A stretch of DNA of 64,000 nt. Origin: Terriglobia bacterium. GTDB lineage: Bacteria > Acidobacteriota > Terriglobia > 20CM-2-55-15. This document shows positions 51,249 to 60,075 of this stretch, piece by piece (the first letter of the stretch is position 1; each line of letters begins with the position of its first letter). A model generated the notes under the pieces. That model worked only from the letters and a program-made list of their open reading frames with translations, had not been told where the DNA came from and searched no databases. The DNA lies in NCBI GenBank assembly GCA_965198225.1, contig CBDAOY010000009.1, positions 448,001 to 512,000 of the forward strand, written 5' to 3'. A program made the position numbers and the translations under genes.

Positions 51249-51287
51249 TTGTCAAGGGTTTTCCCGACTCAAACCCTTATTTGACAA
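51249..51287. promoter_or_regulatory. Palindrome containing back-to-back TTGACA hexamers between divergent HNH and larE
   Basis: TTGTCAAGGGTTT...AAACCCTTATTTGACAA. Confidence 0.4.
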
Positions 51288-51464
51288 CAGGTTTGCGGCG
51301 ATCTGACGTGGCGTTCACCATTAGGTGATCGCCCCGGCCCCGGGGTTGGCTTACAATGGCCCCGTTGCGTGAGGCTGTCGGTGCCCAGCGACTAGCCGTC
51401 GGCCCTCAGCAACAGGTATCGGATCCGGAGGCGTTTGGCCCAACAGCCTCGTGGAGAGACAGGT

Positions 51465-52301
51465 ATGTCGTTCGAGCTTGCCCGAAAAGAAAGCCATCTC
51501 CGAAGCATTTTCAGCGGGATGGACTCGTGTGTCGTGGCTTTCAGCGGCGGTGTCGACAGCTCTTACCTGGCCTTGATCGCTCACCAGGAACTGGGTTCCC
51601 GGGCTCTTGCGGTGACTGCGGAAAGCCCCAGCTATCCTGAACACCACAAAGAACAGGCGCTCCGTCTGTTAGACCGCTTCGGATTCCGCCACGAGTTTAT
51701 CCATTCCGAGGAGCTGGACGACCCGAATTATGCCGAGAACCCGGTCAACCGATGTTACTTCTGCAAACATGAGCTGTACGGGAAGCTGAGCGCGCTGGCG
51801 GCCGATAGCGGGTTCGAGTGTGTTGCCGACGGGAACAACCTGGACGATCAGGGCGACTACCGGCCGGGCCGTCGGGCGGGTGTCGAAATGAAGATCCGGA
51901 GTCCTCTGATTGAGGCCGGCCTCTGCAAGGATGAGGTCCGGTCCCTTTCCAGGTCGCAGGGACTCCCGATGTGGGATCAGCCCGCTTCAGCATGCCTGTC
52001 CTCCCGCATTCCATATGGGCTTGCTGTGACGAAGGAGAAACTGAGGATGATCGAGCGCGGAGAAGAGGTGTTGCGGTCTCTGGGGTTCCGCCAGAGTCGG
52101 GTCCGCCACCATGGCGACATCGCGAGGATCGAGATTGCCCGCGATGAACTGATGAAAGCGATGAGTATGGAAATGTTCGACCGCTTGACTTCCGAGTTCA
52201 AAGCGATCGGTTTTCGTTTCGTGACGCTCGACGTGGAGGGCTACCGGTCCGGAGCCCTGAACGAAACGCTGACTCCCCTGAACATGCCGGAAGAGAAGTG
52301 A
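51465..52301 (+). CDS. larE: LarE family ATP-dependent sulfur transferase
   Basis: AFSGGVDS PP-loop, NRCYFCK, DGNNLDD..DYRPG, SACLSSRIPYG, RVRHHG.IARIE. Confidence 0.9.
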   Translation: MSFELARKESHLRSIFSGMDSCVVAFSGGVDSSYLALIAHQELGSRALAVTAESPSYPEHHKEQALRLLDRFGFRHEFIHSEELDDPNYAENPVNRCYFCKHELYGKLSALAADSGFECVADGNNLDDQGDYRPGRRAGVEMKIRSPLIEAGLCKDEVRSLSRSQGLPMWDQPASACLSSRIPYGLAVTKEKLRMIERGEEVLRSLGFRQSRVRHHGDIARIEIARDELMKAMSMEMFDRLTSEFKAIGFRFVTLDVEGYRSGALNETLTPLNMPEEK

Positions 52302-53563
52302 AGATTCTCGTCGTCGGGTCGGGCGGCCGGGAACACGCCCTCGTCGATGCCCTGTCGCGCAGCCGTAAGACCTCGAAGATCTGCGTCGCGCCTGGCAACG
52401 GGGGCATTCGTGGGCAGGCCGAGATCGTCTCGATATCCCCAGCCGACATCGAGGCGTTATCCGATTATGCCGAGAACAACGGCATCGAGCTCACCGTCGT
52501 GGGCCCCGAAATCCCTCTCAGCCTGGGGATCGTCGATCGATTCCGAGCAAGGCAGCTTCCCATCATCGGTCCGACGGCCGCGCTGGCACGGCTGGAGTCC
52601 AGCAAGAGCTATACGAAGCATCTGTGCTCCGAGAACGGGATCCCGACCGCAGCATACACGGAATGTGCCTCCGCCGAAGAGGCCTACGCGGTGCTGGAAG
52701 CGGGCAGCTATCCCATCGTCGTGAAGGCGGATGGTCTCGCCGCGGGCAAAGGGGTAGTCGTGGCGTCGGATCGAGACGAGGCCCGCCGGGCAATACACGA
52801 TCTCATGGAAACGGGCGCCCTCGGTGCGGCCGGTTCCCGAGTCGTTATCGAGGAGTTCATGTCCGGCGAAGAGGTTTCCTTTCATGTCTTCGTCGACGGG
52901 ACCGATTTCAAACCCATGATTGCTTCGCAGGACCATAAGCCCCGTTTTGCGGGAGACCAGGGTCCCAATACAGGTGGTATGGGGGCCTATTCGATGGACT
53001 CACTGCTGAGCCGGCAGGAGCGTCAGGATGTCGTGGAGCGGATGATTCGTCCCACATTGCGAGCGGCCGGCAGTTACTTCGGTATTCTCTACGCCGGGCT
53101 GATGCTGACGGACGAAGGGCCGAAGCTGGTGGAATACAACGTACGATTCGGGGATCCGGAAACCCAGGTCATGCTGCCACGACTCCGGACAGACCTGGTG
53201 GACGTGTTCCAGGCGATGTTGGATCATCGCCTGAGCGACATCGATCTCGAGTGGGAGGACGGCGCAGCGGCTACCGTCGTTCTGGTGGCGGATTCCTACC
53301 CCGGCAAGGTCGAATCCGGAAAAGAGATTTCCGGCCTGGAGGAAGCGTGCCGGGTCTCCGACGTCACCGTCTACCACGCGGGAACGCGATGGGAGGACGG
53401 TCGGGTCTACACGGCCGGCGGCCGCATCCTGAACGTGACCGCGATCGGAGCCACCTTGTCGGAAGCCCTTGAAAAGGCTTATTTTGTCGCAGAAATGATA
53501 GACTTTGAAGGCAAGGACTATCGCCGGGACATCGGACAGAAAGGACTCAGGAAAGCCATATGA
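52298..53563 (+). CDS. purD: Phosphoribosylamine-glycine ligase
   Basis: [42 protein letters not shown]. Confidence 0.97.
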   Translation: MKILVVGSGGREHALVDALSRSRKTSKICVAPGNGGIRGQAEIVSISPADIEALSDYAENNGIELTVVGPEIPLSLGIVDRFRARQLPIIGPTAALARLESSKSYTKHLCSENGIPTAAYTECASAEEAYAVLEAGSYPIVVKADGLAAGKGVVVASDRDEARRAIHDLMETGALGAAGSRVVIEEFMSGEEVSFHVFVDGTDFKPMIASQDHKPRFAGDQGPNTGGMGAYSMDSLLSRQERQDVVERMIRPTLRAAGSYFGILYAGLMLTDEGPKLVEYNVRFGDPETQVMLPRLRTDLVDVFQAMLDHRLSDIDLEWEDGAAATVVLVADSYPGKVESGKEISGLEEACRVSDVTVYHAGTRWEDGRVYTAGGRILNVTAIGATLSEALEKAYFVAEMIDFEGKDYRRDIGQKGLRKAI

Positions 53564-54066
53564 AGCCATCGGTAGGAGTCATCATGGGAAGCGATTCAGA
53601 CCTTCCGGTCATGCGCGAAGCAGTGAAGGTTCTGGAGCAATTCGGAGTTGGCTGCGAGGTCGAAGTATCCAGCGCCCACCGATCTCCTGCCCGTACCGGA
53701 GAGTTCGCGCGGTCGGCGCGAGAGCGAGGGCTGAAGGTGATCATCGCCGGGGCCGGGTCGGCGGCCCACCTGGCCGGGGTCATCGCCGCGGAGACCACCT
53801 TGCCGGTCATCGGGGTCCCGATCGACAGTTCCCCCCTCAAGGGATTCGATGCCCTGCTATCGACCGTCCAGATGCCGCCGGGAGTTCCGGTCGCCACGAT
53901 GGCCGTCGGCAAGGCGGGCGCCACCAACGCGGCGCTGTTTGCCGTACAGATCCTGGCAACCGCCGATGAGGCGCTGGCCGCCGGCATGGCGGAGCACAAG
54001 AAGAAGCTGGCTGAGGGCGTCGCCGAAAAGAACCGGCGGGCCCAGGAACGGCTGCAATCAGGCTGA
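53560..54066 (+). CDS. purE: N5-CAIR mutase
   Basis: [39 protein letters not shown]. Confidence 0.97.
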   Translation: MKPSVGVIMGSDSDLPVMREAVKVLEQFGVGCEVEVSSAHRSPARTGEFARSARERGLKVIIAGAGSAAHLAGVIAAETTLPVIGVPIDSSPLKGFDALLSTVQMPPGVPVATMAVGKAGATNAALFAVQILATADEALAAGMAEHKKKLAEGVAEKNRRAQERLQSG

Positions 54067-55394
54067 TGAAGAAGTTTCACGTCGCCAATTTCGGCTGCCG
54101 CGCCGCTCAATCGGAAGGGGCCGCCGTTCACGAGCAGCTGAGAGCTGGGGCGATGTCTCCCACCAAGACCGCTTTCGGGGCGGACGTCCTGATCGTCAAT
54201 TCGTGTACTGTTACCGAGGAAGCCGACCGTGACGTTCGACGGTTGATCCGCCGTGTCGCTCGCCGCAGTCCCGAAACCCGCATCATCGTTACGGGTTGCT
54301 ACGCTCAGCGCAGCCCGGAAGAACTCGCCACGATGCCGAACGTAAGTTACGTTGTCGGTAACTCCCACAAGTCGATGGTCGGTGAGCTTGCCATTGACGT
54401 TCTCGAAGATCCCTCCGGAGAGGGCCGCGCGAAAGTCTTCTGTAGCGATATCTTCCAGGAGAAGGAACTGGCGCGCTCGCCGCACCAGGGTTCGCGCGGC
54501 CGCACCCGCGCGACCGTGAAGGTACAGGACGGTTGTGATTCGAACTGTTCTTTCTGCATCATACCGTCTGTTCGCGGCCGCAGCCGGAGCCTGTCCCCCG
54601 CAGCGCTGATATCACAGGTCCGCGAGCTCGTGGACCGTGGCTACCCTGAGGTGGTTCTGTCCGGGATTCACCTTGGTTCATACGGTCGGGACCTCGGTGG
54701 CGCGCCCTGCTTCGAGGAACTGGTCCGAAGCGTACTGAATGAGGTGCCCGGGCTCGAGCGATTGCGGTTGAGTTCCATCGAGCCCCTGGAAGTCACGCCT
54801 GGATTGATCGATCTGGTGGCCGCACACAGCCGGGTGGCCCGTCACCTCCATGTGCCGCTGCAAAGCGGGTCCGCCCGGATTCTTCGAGCGATGCGCCGAC
54901 CCTACAGCCCGGAGTACTATACCGATCTCGTGTGCCGGATTCGCGAACGTGCGCCCGACGCCGCGATCGGTGCCGACGTTATGGTTGGATTCCCAGGCGA
55001 GACTGACGACGATTTCATGGAAACCTACCGGCTGATCGACGCGTCGCCGCTGACCTATCTGCATGTTTTCCCCTATTCATCGCGTCCCGGAACGGTCGCG
55101 TCGGAGATGCCGAACCCTGTCCCGGACCATGTGTCCCGGTACAGAGGCCGACTTCTCCGCAACTTGAGTGGCCGCAAGAACGAGCGGTTCCGAGAGAGGT
55201 TCATCGGTCGCGAACTGGCAGTGCTGATCCTGGATGAGGAAGCCGCCGGCGGCTGGCGCGCCGGCATGACCGACAACTTCATCAAGATTCGAGTTCCCGA
55301 GGCACTGGCGCCGAACCGATGGCACTCTCTCCCAGTGGCGGCGCTTGATGGAGCGGGGCTTGCCGCCACAGGCTGCGAGACCAGGCTGGCTTAG
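54066..55394 (+). CDS. mtaB: tRNA t6A37 methylthiotransferase
   Basis: NFGC, NSCTVT, VTGCYAQ, KVQDGCDSNCSFC (radical SAM), RLSSIEP, HVFPYSSRPGT. Confidence 0.9.
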   Translation: MKKFHVANFGCRAAQSEGAAVHEQLRAGAMSPTKTAFGADVLIVNSCTVTEEADRDVRRLIRRVARRSPETRIIVTGCYAQRSPEELATMPNVSYVVGNSHKSMVGELAIDVLEDPSGEGRAKVFCSDIFQEKELARSPHQGSRGRTRATVKVQDGCDSNCSFCIIPSVRGRSRSLSPAALISQVRELVDRGYPEVVLSGIHLGSYGRDLGGAPCFEELVRSVLNEVPGLERLRLSSIEPLEVTPGLIDLVAAHSRVARHLHVPLQSGSARILRAMRRPYSPEYYTDLVCRIRERAPDAAIGADVMVGFPGETDDDFMETYRLIDASPLTYLHVFPYSSRPGTVASEMPNPVPDHVSRYRGRLLRNLSGRKNERFRERFIGRELAVLILDEEAAGGWRAGMTDNFIKIRVPEALAPNRWHSLPVAALDGAGLAATGCETRLA

Positions 55395-55524
55395 CGATAT
55401 TGCCGAGAAACCATTGAATTCCTGGGTAGGCGATCCGCCTTAGCTTCCGGTAGTCCGCTCAATCGGAATGGGACTGTTGTCCGTTACCGGAATAGCTGAA
55501 GGCTGAACGCGGATCGGAAACGCT

Positions 55525-55902
55525 CTAGGTTTCCAGGATGACGACTGCGGCAGAAACCGTATGATCGTGTGTCAGCGACACGAAAAACCGGCCCGCGCCC
55601 AGCGCCGTGGCCCGGTTCAGCGCTTCGCCGTGAAGGTGGAGTTCAGGCTGACCTGAAGGGAGTCGATGCACGTCGACATCCTTCCATCGAACGCCGGCGG
55701 CCCAGCCCGTACCGAGCGCCTTGAACGCCGCCTCTTTTGCCGCCCAGCGGGCCGCATAGTGAATTTCGGGGCGGGCGCATCCTTTGCAGTATGCGGTCTC
55801 ACCTTCGGTGAAGATTCGATTCAGGAACCGGTCCCCGAACCGCTCGAGCGACTTTGCGATCCGCTCGTTCAGAATGACGTCGATGCCGATGCCTATGATC
55901 AT
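55525..55902 (-). CDS. acpS: Holo-ACP synthase
   Basis: GIGIDV, RIFT..E, AARWAAKEA..KALGTG, SLTHD. Confidence 0.95.
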   Translation of the reverse strand: MIIGIGIDVILNERIAKSLERFGDRFLNRIFTEGETAYCKGCARPEIHYAARWAAKEAAFKALGTGWAAGVRWKDVDVHRLPSGQPELHLHGEALNRATALGAGRFFVSLTHDHTVSAAVVILET

Positions 55903-55928
55903 AGTAGTCAGTAATCAGTGGAGAGAAG

Positions 55929-56082
55929 ACGTAGTCCGTTGTCCGTAGGCCGTTGCGCGGTTCGGTTCAGCGTCTCATCGATCGGCTCGCTACTCGTCAG
56001 TGCTTGTCGACGCGGCTGGCAGAGTTTCGAGCCATAGTGCTCGTCGAGCGTTCCGACAACGGATAACGGCCTACGGCCAACG
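55929..56082. repeat. Heptamer-armed inverted element, inverted homolog of 47906-48047
   Basis: Arms CGTAGTCCGTTGTCCGTAGGCCGTTG / CAACGGATAACGGCCTACGGCCAACGG. Confidence 0.75.
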
Positions 56083-56147
56083 GGGACGGGCAAGAGGCAA
56101 GAGCGGGTTCATTCCCACTGGTCACTTGTCACCAAAGCCGAGGGCTC

Positions 56148-56904
56148 ATGTTACAGGTACAGCGTAACTCGCAGGTGACTTTTCTGACGGCCCCTCAGCT
56201 GACCGGAATCCCCAGGATCGTCCATGCGTTCTCGACGCGTCGGGGAGAAAACGACGATGTTGCCATGGGACCGGATCGGCCTGATACGCAGGAGAACCGG
56301 GGAACGGTTCATGGCCGCGATCGGAGTTCCCGGATGGCCGTCTTTCAGGCCGAAGCAAGTCCACTCCAACATCGTTCACGCGGTCAATGACAACGCGTTG
56401 GTGAACGAGAGGCCCGAGGGAGACGCGGCCTTCACGTCGCTGCAGGGAATGGCGCTCGGTGTGGCAACGGCCGACTGCGCGCCGATTCTGATCGCCGATT
56501 CAGGTTCCCGCGCGGTTGCGGCTGTCCATGCCGGTTGGCGTGGCACCTCCGAGGGTGTTGCGCGTCGCACCATCGATCGCATGGTCGAGGAATCGGGACT
56601 CGATCCGGGCGACGTCTGGGCCGTCGTGGGTCCGCATATCGGAGTCTGCTGTATGGAAGTCGGCGAGGAAGTCTACGAGTGGTTTGGGCACCCGGCCGTG
56701 TTCGAGAGGCGAAAGGAGTGGCCGAAGCCCCACCTGAACCTGGCCGAAGCCAATCGGCTTCAGCTAATCGAAGCGGGCGTTGACCCCGACCGGGTGATCG
56801 TTTCCTCATTGTGCACGAAGTGTCGGGCCGACCTCTTCCATTCTTACCGCAGGGATGGAGACCGCGCGGGCCGGATGTTCTCCCTCATCGGGATCGAGCC
56901 CTGA
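56148..56904 (+). pseudogene. pgeF: PgeF/YfiH purine nucleoside phosphorylase, split by a +1 frameshift (pseudogene or sequencing error)
   Basis: Frame from 56148 gives HAFSTRRG...ENR. Removing one G from the run at 56299-56302 joins it to ERF...QVHS...DA...TADC.P...HAGWRG...GPHIGVCC.EVG...CT.C....FHSYRR. Confidence 0.8.
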
Positions 56905-57591
56905 ATGGATCGCGCGCGCGGCAGGGATCGGTGGGAATCCGCCCGCATCCGGATGGTCGACGAGCAGATTCGCGGCCGGGGGGTTCGGGACGAGCGCGTG
57001 CTCGACGCGATGCGCCGGGTACCGAGACATGAGTTCGTCCCGCCGTCTTCACTTACTCGTGCCTACGAGGACACTCCCTTGCAGATCGGGGAGGGCCAGA
57101 CCATTTCCCAGCCCTACATCGTCGGCCTGATGACCGAGATGCTCCGGGTCGGGGCCGACGACCGCGTCCTCGAAGTCGGAACAGGATCCGGCTACCAGAC
57201 GGCCGTGCTCGCAGAGCTCGCGCGGACGACGTTCACGGTGGAGATTCGTGAAGAGCTGGCTCGAAGGGCCCGCCTGAACCTCGAAAAACTCGGCTTCACG
57301 AACATTGATTTCAGGATCGGCGACGGCTACGCCGGATGGCCGGAGGCCGCATCGTTCGACTGTATCGTGGTCACGGCCGGAGCCGAGGGGATTCCACCGA
57401 AGCTCGTCGCTCAACTCCGGCCCGGTGGTCGCATGGTGATACCGGTGGGCGACACCTTACGCGGCCAGATCCTCCAACTTGTCACGAAGCAGAGCGATGA
57501 AGCGATAGACACCAAAGACACGGTTCCGGTACGATTTGTACCGATGATTTCAAGTACAGGAGGAGGCATGGGGGAATCGACCGACTTCTAG
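56905..57591 (+). CDS. pcm: Protein-L-isoaspartate O-methyltransferase
   Basis: VPRHEFV, AYED..L.IG.GQTISQP, LEVGTGSGYQ, GDG..GW, VRFVPM. Confidence 0.95.
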   Translation: MDRARGRDRWESARIRMVDEQIRGRGVRDERVLDAMRRVPRHEFVPPSSLTRAYEDTPLQIGEGQTISQPYIVGLMTEMLRVGADDRVLEVGTGSGYQTAVLAELARTTFTVEIREELARRARLNLEKLGFTNIDFRIGDGYAGWPEAASFDCIVVTAGAEGIPPKLVAQLRPGGRMVIPVGDTLRGQILQLVTKQSDEAIDTKDTVPVRFVPMISSTGGGMGESTDF

Positions 57592-57767
57592 CCCGGATTA
57601 TTCATGGATTGTCTACTGCAGCGGCGGATACACTCGCAGATACGGCGTTGCGCTCCGTCGGCCTCCTCGACGTATTGTCATATACGCCTCCGGGGGCCTC
57701 GGTCGCGCGCCTTGTCTCTGCGGCGTCTCCACCGCTTCGCGACGAGAACCATGAATAATCCGGGCTA
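57589..57767. mobile_element. MITE-like element
   Basis: Perfect 19-bp TIRs TAGCCCGGATTATTCATGG / CCATGAATAATCCGGGCTA; the left end overlaps the pcm stop; structured interior. Confidence 0.75.
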
Positions 57768-57796
57768 ATGACGGTTCCTTCGACCGCCGAATAGTC

Positions 57797-58309
57797 ATGA
57801 AGATCTTACGAATCACGATGGTGCTCGTCCTCACCCTGGCTGGGTTGCTGCCCGCGGCTGCCCAGGAACGCGAGGCGCCGGGCATCACTGGAATGGCCGT
57901 CCAAGGTACGTCGGTCAACCTGGAGTATTTCAAGGGTGAGAAGAACGTTCTTGTCATCTTCTACCGGATGCACACCTGACCGTTCTGCCAGGAACAGCTC
58001 GGTGAGCTGCAAGCGAACTACGACAAAATCAAAGAACTCGACGCGGAGTTGATCGCGCTCAGCGCAGACCCGCAGGAGACCGCCCGGCAGACCGTTCGGG
58101 AACTCAACCTGACGTACCCCGTGCTGTCGGATTCTTACCGAAACCATATCCGCGCGTACGATGTCCTCCATCCGCAGGAAGGGATCGCGCGTCCTTCCGT
58201 ATTCATCGTCGACAGGGAAGGCAAAATCCGATGGCAGTTCATCGGAATGAGTGCGGGAGAACGGCCGGCGATGATGACGATTCTGGGTCAGCTCCAGGCA
58301 TTGCGCTAA
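57797..58309 (+). CDS. Exported AhpC/TSA (peroxiredoxin-like) selenoprotein, TGA at 57977-57979 read as Sec
   Basis: ORFs 57797-57979 and 58049-58309 are in frame. Read-through gives VIFYRMHT-U-PFCQEQLGELQANYDKIKELDAELIALSAD...YPVLSD...ARPSVFIVDREGKIRW. Hairpin CAGCTC-GGT-GAGCTG lies just downstream of the TGA. Confidence 0.85.
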
Positions 58310-58324
58310 ACGTGTTTCGGGGTT

Positions 58325-58360
58325 AAAAAAAGGCGGCAGGCCACGAGCCTACCGCCTTTT
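58325..58360. terminator. Bidirectional intrinsic terminator between the convergent redoxin and flagellin genes
   Basis: AAAAAAAGGCGGCAGGC-CACGA-GCCTACCGCCTTTT. Confidence 0.8.
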
Positions 58361-58392
58361 CTCTAAGCGCGTCTTCGAGGACGCGATGTCTG

Positions 58393-59220
58393 TTAACGGA
58401 GTAACTGCAGAACCGACTGCGATGACTGGTTCGCCTGGGCCAGCGCGGAGAGTCCGCTCTGGGTCAGGATGTTGAACTTCGTCAACTGTGCCGCTTCTTC
58501 CGCGATGTTGGCGTCGCGGATTCGGGATTCCGAAGCCTTCACGCTGACCGCCATAGTCTGAGCCTGCGAGATGGCAAAACTCAACCGGTTCATGGCCGCA
58601 CCGACTCGACCCTGGACTGTGCCGAGGGTACCGATGGCGGTCTGAATGCTTGTGATGGCGGTGTTGGCGTTCGCCTGGCTCGTGATGTTCTGGGTGCTGA
58701 TACCGAGACCCTGCGTGTCGACAGCTGTGGTCAGGGCGAACGAGACGTACGTAACGCTCGCGGTCGTCGCCGTCTGCGTGTTACCGACGAAAACGGAGCG
58801 GGCGTTCAGGTTAGCGTTGCTCGTTTCCAGTCCACCAGCCGTCGCGTTTCGGGTGATTTCCGAAAGCACCGACTGGAACTCCGCGTCCAGAGTCGTCCGG
58901 GAACCGGTGAAGGTGTCCGAAGCCGACTGGCTGGCCAGAGTCAAGGCACGGTCGAGCAAAGAAGAAATGTTATTCAGCGCGCCGTCTTCGATCTGCAGCT
59001 TGCTGATGGCGTCATTCGCACTGCGGATACCGATGCTCAGACCGGTGTTATCCAGTCTGTGTCGGTTCGCAACCGCCTGACCGGCAGCGTCATCGGCCGC
59101 GCTATTGATGCGCAGTCCGGACGTCAACCGGGCCAGGGTCCTCTGGAGACCGCCTTGGGTCTGGTCGAGGGTGGCCTGTGCGTTGATAGACGAAAGGTTG
59201 GTGACTACAGAAAAGCTCAT
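58393..59220 (-). CDS. fliC: Flagellin (short, 275 aa)
   Basis: TNLSSINAQ...LARLTSGLRINSAADDAAG; C-terminal GAAMNRL...ESRIRDANIAEE...ALAQANQ...VLQLLR. Confidence 0.95.
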   Translation of the reverse strand: MSFSVVTNLSSINAQATLDQTQGGLQRTLARLTSGLRINSAADDAAGQAVANRHRLDNTGLSIGIRSANDAISKLQIEDGALNNISSLLDRALTLASQSASDTFTGSRTTLDAEFQSVLSEITRNATAGGLETSNANLNARSVFVGNTQTATTASVTYVSFALTTAVDTQGLGISTQNITSQANANTAITSIQTAIGTLGTVQGRVGAAMNRLSFAISQAQTMAVSVKASESRIRDANIAEEAAQLTKFNILTQSGLSALAQANQSSQSVLQLLR

Positions 59221-59342
59221 AAGGATCCTCCCTGAAAGAGTTAAATTGATCCTCCTTGATCTTGAGCACGGGTATCCGAGCCCGTCCAAACATCCGTGTT
59301 TAGTTGTACCCTCTGTATCGGCCCTCAGGATTGGGATGTTTA
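59221..59342 (-). promoter_or_regulatory. Sigma28 promoter and CsrA-type sites in the flagellin leader
   Basis: Minus strand TAAA-N16-GCCGATAC (59342-59315); leader hairpins AAAC-ACGGAT-GTTT and CGGG-CTCGGATA-CCCG with GGA loops; further GGA in the SD. Confidence 0.7.
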
Positions 59343-59532
59343 GCCCGAAAGTCAAAAAACTGACACTTCGGGTTAACCATCCATTTTTCAGTCTCTTTGG
59401 CGGAATCCATATTCCGACAGATCCCCCGACGGTGCGGTTCGTGTCAGCGCCTCGACGCCGTCTGCGACAGCCGGGAAGACTCTCGGGCCCGTGTTACCAT
59501 TCCAGTGAGAGCGGTAGGGGGGCGAGGTTCGA

Positions 59533-59943
59533 TTGGGCGGACGAAATCCATACTTTGATGAGCTTGCCTCGGTGCAGTCAGCCACCGAGAAGTTCACCGT
59601 CACATTCCTTCCGATGAACGTCACCGTGGAGGTCGACCCCGACAAACTCCCCCTGGGCGACACCGGCCTGCCCGGCAGCATTCTGGACGTTGCGCTGGCC
59701 AACGGCATCGAGATCGATCACGCCTGCGGCGGGGTCTGCGCCTGCTCGACCTGTCACTGCGTGGTTCAGGAAGGTGGAGACACGCTCTCCGAGATGAGCG
59801 ACGCCGAAGAAGACCAGCTCTACAACGCGCCGGGTCTCACCCCCGACAGCCGCCTCAGCTGCCAGGCCGTCGCAGACGGGTCCGCGGATATCGTTGTTTA
59901 CATACCGGATTGGAACCGTAACGCGGTACGGGAAAGTCACTGA
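59533..59943 (+). CDS. 2Fe-2S ferredoxin (ISC/adrenodoxin type)
   Basis: HACGGVCACSTCH ... SRLSCQ. Confidence 0.9.
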   Translation: MGGRNPYFDELASVQSATEKFTVTFLPMNVTVEVDPDKLPLGDTGLPGSILDVALANGIEIDHACGGVCACSTCHCVVQEGGDTLSEMSDAEEDQLYNAPGLTPDSRLSCQAVADGSADIVVYIPDWNRNAVRESH

Positions 59944-60075
59944 AGAAGTAGTCAGCGGCCAGTAGTCAGTAGCCACTCGCGACCCCCTCTTTCCGCTCCT
60001 TCTTGAACTGAATACTGACTACTGACAACTGACTACTATTTTCCCCTTGACCCTTTCGGGCACTGGCATAAAAAT

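Noticed and set aside
53560-54066. purE as a misannotated larB beside larE
   Set aside because: It has canonical PurE motifs (MGSDSD, SAHR) and lacks the LarB N-terminal domain.
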